In this document: in pieces, positions 51,933-63,200 of the stretch
Numbering within the stretch: the first letter of the stretch is position 1
Layout of the letters: every line of letters starts with the position of its first letter
Origin: Azolla caroliniana
Lineage: Eukaryota; Plantae; Polypodiophyta
DNA: 64,000 nucleotides
Direction: 5' to 3'
Assembly (NCBI GenBank): GCA_043228905.1
Contig: JBHGNT010000018.1
Span: 9,548,001-9,612,000 of the forward strand
Translations under genes and position numbers: made by a program
The notes under the pieces: generated by a model
The model's input: the letters and a program-made list of their open reading frames with translations, nothing else
What the model was told of the DNA's origin: nothing
Database searches by the model: none

Positions 51933-52005
51933 GCACTTGTAGCTCAGTGGATAGAGCGTCTGTTTCCTAAGCAGAAGGCCGAAGGTTCGACCCCTTCCTA
52001 GTGCG
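51933..52005 (+). tRNA. trnR-CCT: tRNA-Arg(CCT)
   Basis: Identical to consensus. Confidence 0.88.
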
Positions 52006-52329
52006 ATTGAAACCACGATCTTTCATTTCCGTTGTATTCTTTTATGTGTGGCGGATCGACGTTTACCTCCAACAAATACAAAACTCTAACGACGTATTAT
52101 ATTTAAAGGATTTACCATGCAAGCAAAATTATAAACTGTGATGGGTCCCACGTGACCAAGAGGAATGAGGTATTTTGCAATTAGAGACTACGATAGAGGT
52201 TCAGTATTTCCTAAAAAATCGATTGTGCTGATTAATTTGTGACCTATAATTAGCCATTTCACATACATTGATTATATATTCACCAATTCAAAGGCATTGT
52301 TTAGTAATTAGAAAAATTAGAAAGATGTG

Positions 52330-52402
52330 GCACTTGTAGCTCAGTGGATAGAGCGTCTGTTTCCTAAGCAGAAGGCCGAAGGTTCGACCCCTTCCTAGTG
52401 CG
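52330..52402 (+). tRNA. trnR-CCT: tRNA-Arg(CCT)
   Basis: Identical to consensus. Confidence 0.88.
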
Positions 52403-52843
52403 ATTGAAAAACCGATTATTTATTTCCGTTGGATTCTTTTACGTGTGGCGGATCGACGTTTACCTACAACAAATGCAAAACTCTAGCGAGGTATTATATT
52501 TTAAGGATTTACCATGCAAGCAAAAACATAAACTGTCATGGGTCCCAAGTGACCAAGAGGAATGAGGAATTTTGCAATTAGAGACTACGATAGAGGTTCA
52601 GTATCTCCTAAAAAATTGATTGTGTTGATTAATTTGTGACCTATAATTAGCCATTTCACATACATTGATTATATATTCGCCAATTTAGAGGCATTCTTTA
52701 GTAATTAAAAAAATTAGTAGAATAGTGCACCATTTCTTTTAGATCCAATATTGTGCCATTGTAGATCAGTAGATAGACAGTCTGTTTCCTAACACTATTA
52801 AGATACTTCACATTCTTGGTTTCGGATAGTGAAAATCAAATTT

Positions 52844-52916
52844 GCACTTGTAGCTCAGTGGATAGAGCGTCTGTTTCCTAAGCAGAAGGCCGAAGGTTCG
52901 ACCCCTTCCTAGTGCG
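52844..52916 (+). tRNA. trnR-CCT: tRNA-Arg(CCT)
   Basis: Identical to consensus. Confidence 0.88.
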
Positions 52917-53240
52917 ATTGAAACCACGATCTTTCATTTCCGTTGTATTCTTTTATGTGTGGCGGATCGACGTTTACCTCCAACAAATACAAAACTCTAA
53001 CGACGTATTATATTTAAAGGATTTACCATGCAAGCAAAATTATAAACTGTGATGGGTCTCACGTGACCAAGAGGAATGAGGTATTTTGCAATTAGAGACT
53101 ACGATAGAGGTTCAGTATTTCCTAAAAAATCGATTGTGCTGATTAATTTGTAACCTATAATTAGCCATTTCACATACATTGATTATATATTCACCAATTC
53201 AAAGGCATTATTTAGTAATTAGAAAAATTAGAAAGATGTG

Positions 53241-53313
53241 GCACTTGTAGCTCAGTGGATAGAGCATCTGTTTCCTAAGCAGAAGGCCGAAGGTTCGACC
53301 CCTTCCTAGTGCG
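53241..53313 (+). tRNA. trnR-CCT: tRNA-Arg(CCT), G26A variant
   Basis: Same as 51420. Confidence 0.84.
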
Positions 53314-53753
53314 ATTGAAAAACCGATCATTTATTTCCGTTGGATTCTTTTACGTGTGGCGGATCGATGTTTACCTACAACAAATGCAAAACTATAGCGA
53401 GGTATTATATTTTAAGTATTTACCATGCAAGCAAAAACATAAACTGTCATGGGTCCCAAGTGACCAAGAGGAATGAGGAATTTTGCAATTAGAGACTACG
53501 ATAGAGGTTCAGTATCTCCTAAAAAATTGATTGTGTTGATTAATTTGGGACCTATAATTAGCCATTTCACATACATTGATTATATATTCGCCAATTTAGA
53601 GGCATTCTTTAGTAATTAAAAAAATTAGTAGAATAGTGGACCATTTCTTTTAGATGCAATATTGTGCCATTGTAGATCAGTAGATAGACCGTCTGTTTCC
53701 TACACTACTAAGATACTTCACATTCTTGGTTTCGGATAGTGAAAATCAAATTT

Positions 53754-53826
53754 GCACTTGTAGCTCAGTGGATAGAGCGTCTGTTTCCTAAGCAGAAGGC
53801 CGAAGGTTCGACCCCTTCCTAGTGCG
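53754..53826 (+). tRNA. trnR-CCT: tRNA-Arg(CCT)
   Basis: Identical to consensus. Confidence 0.88.
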
Positions 53827-54150
53827 ATTGAAACCACGATCTTTCATTTCCGTTGTATTCTTTTATGTGTGGCGGATCGACGTTTACCTCCAACAAATAC
53901 AAAACTCTAACGACGTATTATATTTAAAGGATTTACCATGCAAGCAAAATTATAAACTGTGATGGGTCCCACGTGACCAAGAGGAATGAGGTATTTTGCA
54001 ATTAGAGACTACGATAGAGGTTCAGTATTTCCTAAAAAATCGATTGTGCTGATTAATTTGTGACCTATAATTAGCCATTTCACATACATTGATTATATAT
54101 TCACCAATTCAAAGGCATTGTTTAGTAATTAGAAAAATTAGAAAGATGTG

Positions 54151-54223
54151 GCACTTGTAGCTCAGTGGATAGAGCGTCTGTTTCCTAAGCAGAAGGCCGA
54201 AGGTTCGACCCCTTCCTAGTGCG
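54151..54223 (+). tRNA. trnR-CCT: tRNA-Arg(CCT)
   Basis: Identical to consensus. Confidence 0.88.
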
Positions 54224-54664
54224 ATTGAAAAACCGATTATTTATTTCCGTTGGATTCTTTTACGTGTGGCGGATCGACGTTTACCTACAACAAATGCAAA
54301 ACTCTAGCGAGGTATTATATTTTAAGGATTTACCATGCAAGCAAAAACATAAACTGTCATGGGTCCCAAGTGACCAAGAGGAATGAGGAATTTTGCAATT
54401 AGAGACTACGATAGAGGTTCAGTATCTCCTAAAAAATTGATTGTGTTGATTAATTTGTGACCTATAATTAGCCATTTCACATACATTGATTATATATTCG
54501 CCAATTTAGAGGCATTCTTTAGTAATTAAAAAAATTAGTAGAATAGTGCACCATTTCTTTTAGATCCAATATTGTGCCATTGTAGATCAGTAGATAGACA
54601 GTCTGTTTCCTAACACTATTAAGATACTTCACATTCTTGGTTTCGGATAGTGAAAATCAAATTT

Positions 54665-54737
54665 GCACTTGTAGCTCAGTGGATAGAGCGTCTGTTTCCT
54701 AAGCAGAAGGCCGAAGGTTCGACCCCTTCCTAGTGCG
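54665..54737 (+). tRNA. trnR-CCT: tRNA-Arg(CCT)
   Basis: Identical to consensus. Confidence 0.88.
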
Positions 54738-55061
54738 ATTGAAACCACGATCTTTCATTTCCGTTGTATTCTTTTATGTGTGGCGGATCGACGTTTACCT
54801 CCAACAAATACAAAACTCTAACGACGTATTATATTTAAAGGATTTACCATGCAAGCAAAATTATAAACTGTGATGGGTCTCACGTGACCAAGAGGAATGA
54901 GGTATTTTGCAATTAGAGACTACGATAGAGGTTCAGTATTTCCTAAAAAATCGATTGTGCTGATTAATTTGTAACCTATAATTAGCCATTTCACATACAT
55001 TGATTATATATTCACCAATTCAAAGGCATTATTTAGTAATTAGAAAAATTAGAAAGATGTG

Positions 55062-55134
55062 GCACTTGTAGCTCAGTGGATAGAGCATCTGTTTCCTAAG
55101 CAGAAGGCCGAAGGTTCGACCCCTTCCTAGTGCG
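55062..55134 (+). tRNA. trnR-CCT: tRNA-Arg(CCT), G26A variant
   Basis: Same as 51420. Confidence 0.84.
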
Positions 55135-55574
55135 ATTGAAAAACCGATCATTTATTTCCGTTGGATTCTTTTACGTGTGGCGGATCGATGTTTACCTACA
55201 ACAAATGCAAAACTATAGCGAGGTATTATATTTTAAGTATTTACCATGCAAGCAAAAACATAAACTGTCATGGGTCCCAAGTGACCAAGAGGAATGAGGA
55301 ATTTTGCAATTAGAGACTACGATAGAGGTTCAGTATCTCCTAAAAAATTGATTGTGTTGATTAATTTGGGACCTATAATTAGCCATTTCACATACATTGA
55401 TTATATATTCGCCAATTTAGAGGCATTCTTTAGTAATTAAAAAAATTAGTAGAATAGTGGACCATTTCTTTTAGACGCAATATTGTGCCATTGTAGATCA
55501 GTAGATAGACCGTCTGTTTCCTACACTACTAAGATACTTCACATTCTTGGTTTCGGATAGTGAAAATCAAATTT

Positions 55575-55647
55575 GCACTTGTAGCTCAGTGGATAGAGCG
55601 TCTGTTTCCTAAGCAGAAGGCCGAAGGTTCGACCCCTTCCTAGTGCG
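55575..55647 (+). tRNA. trnR-CCT: tRNA-Arg(CCT)
   Basis: Identical to consensus. Confidence 0.88.
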
Positions 55648-55971
55648 ATTGAAACCACGATCTTTCATTTCCGTTGTATTCTTTTATGTGTGGCGGATCG
55701 ACGTTTACCTCCAACAAATACAAAACTCTAACGACGTATTATATTTAAAGGATTTACCATGCAAGCAAAATTATAAACTGTGATGGGTCCCACGTGACCA
55801 AGAGGAATGAGGTATTTTGCAATTAGAGACTACGATAGAGGTTCAGTATTTCCTAAAAAATCGATTGTGCTGATTAATTTGTGACCTATAATTAGCCATT
55901 TCACATACATTGATTATATATTCACCAATTCAAAGGCATTGTTTAGTAATTAGAAAAATTAGAAAGATGTG

Positions 55972-56044
55972 GCACTTGTAGCTCAGTGGATAGAGCGTCT
56001 GTTTCCTAAGCAGAAGGCCGAAGGTTCGACCCCTTCCTAGTGCG
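55972..56044 (+). tRNA. trnR-CCT: tRNA-Arg(CCT)
   Basis: Identical to consensus. Confidence 0.88.
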
Positions 56045-56485
56045 ATTGAAAAACCGATTATTTATTTCCGTTGGATTCTTTTACGTGTGGCGGATCGACG
56101 TTTACCTACAACAAATGCAAAACTCTAGCGAGGTATTATATTTTAAGGATTTACCATGCAAGCAAAAACATAAACTGTCATGGGTCCCAAGTGACCAAGA
56201 GGAATGAGGAATTTTGCAATTAGAGACTACGATAGAGGTTCAGTATCTCCAAAAAAATTGATTGTGTTGATTAATTTGTGACCTATAATTAGCCATTTCA
56301 CATACATTGATTATATATTCGCCAATTTAGAGGCATTCTTTAGTAATTAAAAAAATTAGTAGAATAGTGCACCATTTCTTTTAGATCCAATATTGTGCCA
56401 TTGTAGATCAGTAGATAGACAGTCTGTTTCCTAACACTACTAAGATACTTCACATTCTTGGTTTCGGATAGTGAAAATCAAATTT

Positions 56486-56558
56486 GCACTTGTAGCTCAG
56501 TGGATAGAGCGTCTGTTTCCTAAGCAGAAGGCCGAAGGTTCGACCCCTTCCTAGTGCG
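56486..56558 (+). tRNA. trnR-CCT: tRNA-Arg(CCT)
   Basis: Identical to consensus. Confidence 0.88.
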
Positions 56559-56882
56559 ATTGAAACCACGATCTTTCATTTCCGTTGTATTCTTTTATGT
56601 GTGGCGGATCGACGTTTACCTCCAACAAATACAAAACTCTAACAACGTATTATATTTAAAGGATTTACCATGCAAGCAAAATTATAAACTGTGATGGGTC
56701 CCACGTGACCAAGAGGAATGAGGTATTTTGCAATTAGAGACTACGATAGAGGTTCAGTATTTCCTAAAAAATCGATTGTGCTAATTAATTTGTAACCTAT
56801 AATTAGCCATTTCACATACATTGATTATATATTCACCAATTCAAAGGCATTGTTTAGTAATTAGAAAAATTAGAAAGATGTG

Positions 56883-56955
56883 GCACTTGTAGCTCAGTGG
56901 ATAGAGCGTCTGTTTCCTAAGCAGAAGGCCGAAATTTTGACCCCTTCCTAGTGCG
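56883..56955 (+). pseudogene. tRNA-Arg(CCT) pseudogene (B box destroyed)
   Basis: GAAATTTTGACC in place of GAAGGTTCGACC. Confidence 0.75.
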
Positions 56956-57712
56956 ATTGAAACAACGATCATTTATTTCCGTTGCATTCTTTTATGTGTG
57001 GCGGATAGATGTTTACCTACAACAAATGCAAAACTCTAGCGACGTATTATATATTAAGGATTTATCATGCAAGCAAAAACATATACTGTGATGGGTCCCA
57101 AGTGACCAAGAGGAATGAGGTATTTTGCAATTAGAGACTACGATAGAGGTTCAGTATTTCCTAAGAAATCGATTGTGGAGATTAATTTGTGACCTATAAT
57201 TAGCCATTTCACATACATTGATTATATATTAGCCAATTCAGAGGTATTGATTAGTAATTTGAAAAATTAGTAGAATAGTGGACCATTTCGTTTAGATCCA
57301 ATATTTGGCCATTGTAGTTCACTACATAGACCGTCTGTTTCCTAACACTACTAAGATAGTTCACATTCCAGTATTAGGATAGTGAATTCAAATTTGCATA
57401 AACTAGTGGTGGCATTAGACCCAACAAATGCAAAACTCTAACGATGTATTATACGTTAACGGCTTACCATAGAATCAAAAAATCTTAGTGTGATGGGTGG
57501 TCCTCAGTGACCAAAATAAATGAGGTATTTTGCATTTACACTGACCTATAGATGTTCAATACTTCCTTAAAAATTAATTAAGACGATTTATTTCTCAGCT
57601 TTAACTAAGCTTTTGACATACATTGATTATTTATTCCCCAATTGATAGTCATTACATAGGAAGTAGAGAAAATCATATGATAGTCTACTCTTTGTTTACG
57701 TGAAAAGATCTG

Positions 57713-57785
57713 GCACTTGTAGCTCAGTGGATAGAGCGTCTGTTTCCTAAGCAGAAGGCCGAAGGTTCAACCCATTCCTAGTGCG
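57713..57785 (+). tRNA. trnR-CCT: tRNA-Arg(CCT), T-arm variant (possibly a pseudogene)
   Basis: GGTTCAACCCATTCC; one T-stem mismatch. Confidence 0.55.
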
Positions 57786-58542
57786 ATTGAAACAACAATC
57801 ATTTATTTCCGTGGTATTCTTTTATGTGTGGCCGATCGAGGTTTACCCACAACAAATGCAAAACTCTAGCGACGTATTATATATTACGGATTTACCATGC
57901 AAGCAAAAACATATACTGTGATGGGTCCCAAGTGACCAAGAGGAATGAGGTATTTTGCAATTAGAGACTACGATAGAGGTTCAGTATTTCCTAAGAAATC
58001 GATTGTGGAGATTAATTTGTGACCTATAATTAGCCATTTCACATACATTGATTATATATTAGCCAATTCAGAGGTATTGATTAGTAATTTGAAAAATTAG
58101 TAGAATAGTGGACCATTTCGTTTAGATCCAATATTTGGCCATTGTAGTTCACTACATAGACCGTCTGTTTCCTAACACTACTAAGATAGTTCACATTCCA
58201 GTATTAGGATAGTGAATTCAAATTTGCATAAACTAGTGGTGGCATTAGACCCAACAAATGCAAAACTCTAACGATGTATTATACGTTAACGGCTTACCAT
58301 TGAATCAAAAACTCATAGTGTGATGGGTGGTCCTGAGCGACCAAAATGAATGAGGTATTTCGCATTTACACTGATCTATAGATGTTCAATACTTCCTTAA
58401 AAATTAATTAAGACGATTTATTTGTAAGCTATAACTAAGCTTTTCACATACATTGATTATTTATTCCCCAATTGATAGTCATTACAAAGGAAGTAGAGAA
58501 AATCAAATGATAGTAGACTCTTTGTTTTCGTGAAAAGATCTG

Positions 58543-58615
58543 GCACTTGTAGCTCAGTGGATAGAGCGTCTGTTTCCTAAGCAGAAGGCCGAAGGTTCGA
58601 CCCGTTCCTAGTGCG
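58543..58615 (+). tRNA. trnR-CCT: tRNA-Arg(CCT), T-stem variant (possibly a pseudogene)
   Basis: GGTTCGACCCGTTCC; one T-stem mismatch. Confidence 0.6.
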
Positions 58616-59117
58616 ATTGAAACAACGATCATTTATTTCCGTTGTATTCTTTTATGTGTGGCGGATCGACGTTTACCCACAACAAATGCAAAACTCTAGC
58701 GACGTAATATATATTAAGGATTTACCATGCAAGCAAACACATATACTGTGATGGGTCCCAAGTTACCAAGAGGAATGAGGTATTTTGCAATTAGAGACTA
58801 CGATAGAGGTTCAGTATTTCCTGAAAAATCGATTGTGCTGATTAATTTGTGACCTATAATTAGCCATTTCACATGCATTGATTATATATTCGCCATTTCA
58901 GAGGTATTGATTAGGAATTAAAAAAATTAGTAGAATAGTGGAGCATTTCTTTTAGATCCAATATTTGGCCATTGTAGTTCAGTGGATAGACCGTCTTTTT
59001 GCTAACACTACTAAGATACTTCACATTCTTGTATTAGGATAGTGAATTCAAATTTGCATAAACTAGTGGTGGCATTTAGACCCAACAAATGCAAAAGTCT
59101 AACTATGTATTATACGT

Positions 59118-59908
59118 TGTCGTAGTGTATTTCGTACACTACGTGAAAAAGTAAAAATAATATAACCGATTTAATTACATATAAATAAATAAAATAAAAT
59201 ATCAAGATATTTATCACGTGCATAGGGCAAGATTCGAACCATGTACCTCCACATAGCCAAACTTCAACTTTACCATTATGCTACCTTATCTTTAGTGTTC
59301 TATAAATAGATTTAATAACTATAAGTGCTTTATTTGCGCCTACCTTTATTAAAAAGGTAAATCATGCATTTTTAGAGTGCGTGAATATTTTATAGAAAAA
59401 CGCAAGCAACTAAAAAGTGACTCATGCACATCTAGCGTGCATGAGCACTATATTTAGCAAATAAAAGCAAGGATTAAAAAAGCATCACATGCACATTTAG
59501 TGTGCATGAACATATTAGAAAAAAAAGCATGTAGCTATGCTTAGTCTCTCCCATCACTACATAAGGATGGGGAGCACAATGTAATAGGCGTGTGAAATAT
59601 TTGGAAATTGGATATATTTCCGAAAACACCAACCGATTAATATAATCGTGGGATTCACGAAAATAATATAATCTATACTTGTGGGATTCACAAGTTTCTT
59701 ATATCTTTCTTTCAATCTAAATACATATTCTTACCTAAATATTGACTAAATATACTAAACTCATGGGATTCACGAGATTCTTATCTTATAACTCTTTCTT
59801 ACAACATATTTATATTCTTATTAGCCTTAAAACTCTCCTCTTCCTAGTCCAAAACCCCAGCGGTTTCCACCCGACTCACGCAACGATCCGGAGCCGAAAG
59901 GCACGACA
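59118..59908 (+). mobile_element. Solo LTR of the Gypsy A family inserted in the satellite
   Basis: TGTCGTAGTGTATT...GGCACGACA, homologous to 8418-9121; 4-bp TSD ACGT (59114-59117 and 59909-59912). Confidence 0.93.
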
Positions 59909-60168
59909 ACGTTAATGGCTTATCATGGAATCAAAAACTCATAGTCTGATGGGTGTTCCTGAGTGACGAAAATGAATGAGGTATTTTGCATTTACACTGA
60001 CCTATAGATGTTCAATACTTCCTTAAAAATTAAGTAAGACGATTTATTTGTCAGCTATAACTAAGCTTTTCACATACATTGATTATTTATTCCCCAATTG
60101 ATAGTAATTACAAAGGAAGTAGAGAAAATTATATGATAGTAGACTCTTTGTTTTCGTGAAAAGATTTG

Positions 60169-60241
60169 GCACTTGTAGCTCAGTGGATAGAGCGTCTGTT
60201 TCCTAAGCAGAAGGCCGAAGGTTCGACCCCTTCCTAGTGGG
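60169..60241 (+). tRNA. trnR-CCT: tRNA-Arg(CCT), C72G variant (possibly a pseudogene)
   Basis: Consensus except the 3' end CTAGTGGG. Confidence 0.55.
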
Positions 60242-63200
60242 ATTCAAAAAACGATCATTTATTTCCGTTGTAGTCTTTTATGTGTGGCGGATCGACATTT
60301 ACCCACAAGAAATGCAAAACTCTCGCGGCGTATTATATATTAACGATTTACCATGCAAGCAAAAACATATAGTGTGATGGGTCCCAAGTGACCAAGAGGA
60401 ATGAGGTATTTTGCAATTAGAGACTACGATAGAGGCTTAGTATTTCCTAAAAAATCAATTGTGCTAATGAATTTGTGACCTATAATTAGCCATTTCACAT
60501 ACATTGATTATATATTCGCCAATTCAGAGGCATTGATTAGTAATTTGAAAAATTATTATCTTTTAGATCCAATATTTGGCCATTGTAGTTCACTGGGTAG
60601 ACCGTCTGTTTCCTAACACTACTAAGATACTTCACATTCTTGTATTAGGATAGTGAATTCAAATTTGCATAAACTAGTGGTGGCATTTAGACCCAACAAA
60701 CTCTAACGATGTATTATACGTTCACTGGATAGACCGTCTGTTTCCTAACACTACTAAGATACTTCACATTCTTGTATTAGGATAGTGAATTCAAATTTGC
60801 ATAAACTAGTGGTGGCATTTAGACCCAACAAACTCTAACGATGTATTATACGTTAAGGGTTTACCATGGAAGCAAAAACTCATAGTGTGATGGGTAGTCT
60901 TGAGTGACCAAAATGAATGAGGTATTTTGCATCTACACAGTTCTATAGATGTTCAATACTTCCTCAAAAATTAATTACGACGATTTATTTATTGATTATT
61001 TATTCCCCAATTCAGATTGATTGAATTCTAATGACAGAGATTCATACCATAGTCAACTCGTTCCTTTGGTGTAAAGACTTAGCACATGTAGCTAAGTGGA
61101 GAGAGCGTTTTTTTCCTAAGTACAAGGCCAAAGGTTCGACCCCTTTATACGATGATTGAAATGATGATCAATCATTTCCTTTGTATGCAGAACGTTGTAT
61201 TTCGTTTATCTATCGCAGGTCGAGGTTTACCTAATCTTATGTGCATAACACTACTAAGATACTCCACATTCTTGGTCTGGGATAGTGAATTCAAATTCGC
61301 ATAAACTAGAGATGGCTTTCAAATCCAACAAATGGAAAAGTCTAACGTTGTATTATATATTAAGGGTTTACCATGGAAGAAAAAACTAATAGTGTGATGG
61401 GTCCTGAGTGACCAAAATAAATGAGTTATTTTGGATTTACAGAGTCGTATAGATGTTCAATACTTCCTTAAAAATTAATTTCGATTATTCATTTGTGAGC
61501 TATAACTAAGCATGTCACATACATTGATTATTTATTCTCCAATTTAGAGGCATTCATTAGTAATTAAACAAATTCAAAGGATTGTCGACTCTTCCGTTTA
61601 TAGCCACGATTTGGTACTTGTAGCTCATTTGATAGAGCGTCTATTTTCTAAGCAGAAGGTTGAAGATTCGACCCCTTCCTAGTGCGATTGAAACTACGAT
61701 CATTCATTTCCTTTGTATTCACAATGTTATATTTGTTTTATATGTCACAAGTCGAGCTTTACCTAATCTTATGTGCATAACACTAATAAGATACTACACA
61801 TTCATGGTCTAGGATAGTGAATTCAAATTTGCACAAACTACATGTGGGTTTCAGACCCAACAAATACAAAACTCTAGCGATGTAATATATTAAGGATTTA
61901 CCATGCAAGCAAAAACTTATACTGTGATGATTCCCTAGTGACCAAAACGAATGAGGTATTTTGCAATTAGAGAGTAGTATAGCTATTCAGTATTTCCCAA
62001 AAAATGATTGTAGTGATTAATTTATGAGGTATAATTAGCCATGTCACATACATTGATTATATAGTCGCCAATTTAGAGGCATTGATTAATAATTAGAAAA
62101 ATTAATATTATAGTGGACGCTTTCTTTTAGAACCAGTATTTGCCACTTGTAGTTAACTGGATAGATCATATGTTTCCTAAGCGAAAGGCTGAAGGTTGGA
62201 TCCCTTCCTAGTGCGATTAAAACAATAACCATTCATTACGTTTGTATTCGAAATGGTGTATTTATTTTATCTGTCAAGTATCGAGGTTTACCCAATCTCA
62301 TGTGCATAACACTAGTAAGATACTCCAAATTCCTTGTTAGGGATAGAGATTTTAATTTTGCATTTAGATAATTCTATAGATGTTCAATACATCCTCAAAA
62401 ATTAATTAGGATGATTCATTTGTGAGATATAACTAAGCATTTCACATACATTGATTATTTATTCCCCAATTTAGAGTCATTGATTAGTAATTAAAGAAAT
62501 TCATAGGATACTCGACTCTTTCATTTGGTGCCAAGATTAGACACTTGTAGCTCAGTGAATAGAGCATTTGTTTCCTAACCAGAAGGCCGAAGGTTTGACC
62601 CCTTCCTAGTGCGATTGAAACCACGATCGTTCATTTCCTTTGTAATCACAATGATCTATTTCGTTTATGTGTCGCGGATCGATGTTTACCCACAACAAAT
62701 GCAAAACTCTAGAGATGTAGTATATATTAAGGATATACCATGCAAGCAAAAACTTATACTCTGATGGGTCCCAAGTGACCAAGAGGAATGAGGTATTTTG
62801 CAATTAGAGACTAGTATAGAGGTTCAGTATTTTCTAAAAAAGTTGATTGCGGATATTAAATTGTGAGCTATAATTAGCCATTTCACATACATTGATTATA
62901 TATTCGCCAATTCAGAGGCATTGATTAGTAATTAGAAAAATTAGTAGAATAGTGGACCATTTCTTTTAGATCCAATATTTGGCAATTGTAGTTCAGTGGA
63001 TAGACCGTCTGTTTCCTAACACTACTAAGATACTTCACATTCTTGGTTTAGGATAGTGAATTCAAATTTGCATAAACTAGAGGTGGCTTTTAGACCCAAC
63101 AAATGCAAAACTCTACCGATGTATTATACAGTAAGGGTTTAGCATCGAATCAAAAACTCAGTGTGTGATGGGTGTTGAGTGACTAAAATGATTGAGGTAT

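Larger units (their letters stand above)
50112..56955 (+). repeat. Homogeneous higher-order repeat core, 1821 bp = 397+514+397+513
   Basis: tRNA starts 50509, 52330, 54151, 55972 and 51420, 53241, 55062 are each exactly 1821 bp apart, with diagnostic variants recurring at that period. Confidence 0.93.

Noticed and set aside
50112-56955. CRISPR-like array (identical repeats with spacers) near a reverse transcriptase
   Set aside because: The repeats are 73-nt tRNA genes, the spacers are long and themselves repeated, there are no cas genes, and the context is eukaryotic
31250-62803. Recurrent short ORFs in the satellite (MCFLIERLK…, MIVVSIALG…)
   Set aside because: Chance frames across the tRNA and spacer; stops vary between monomers and no domain is recognisable
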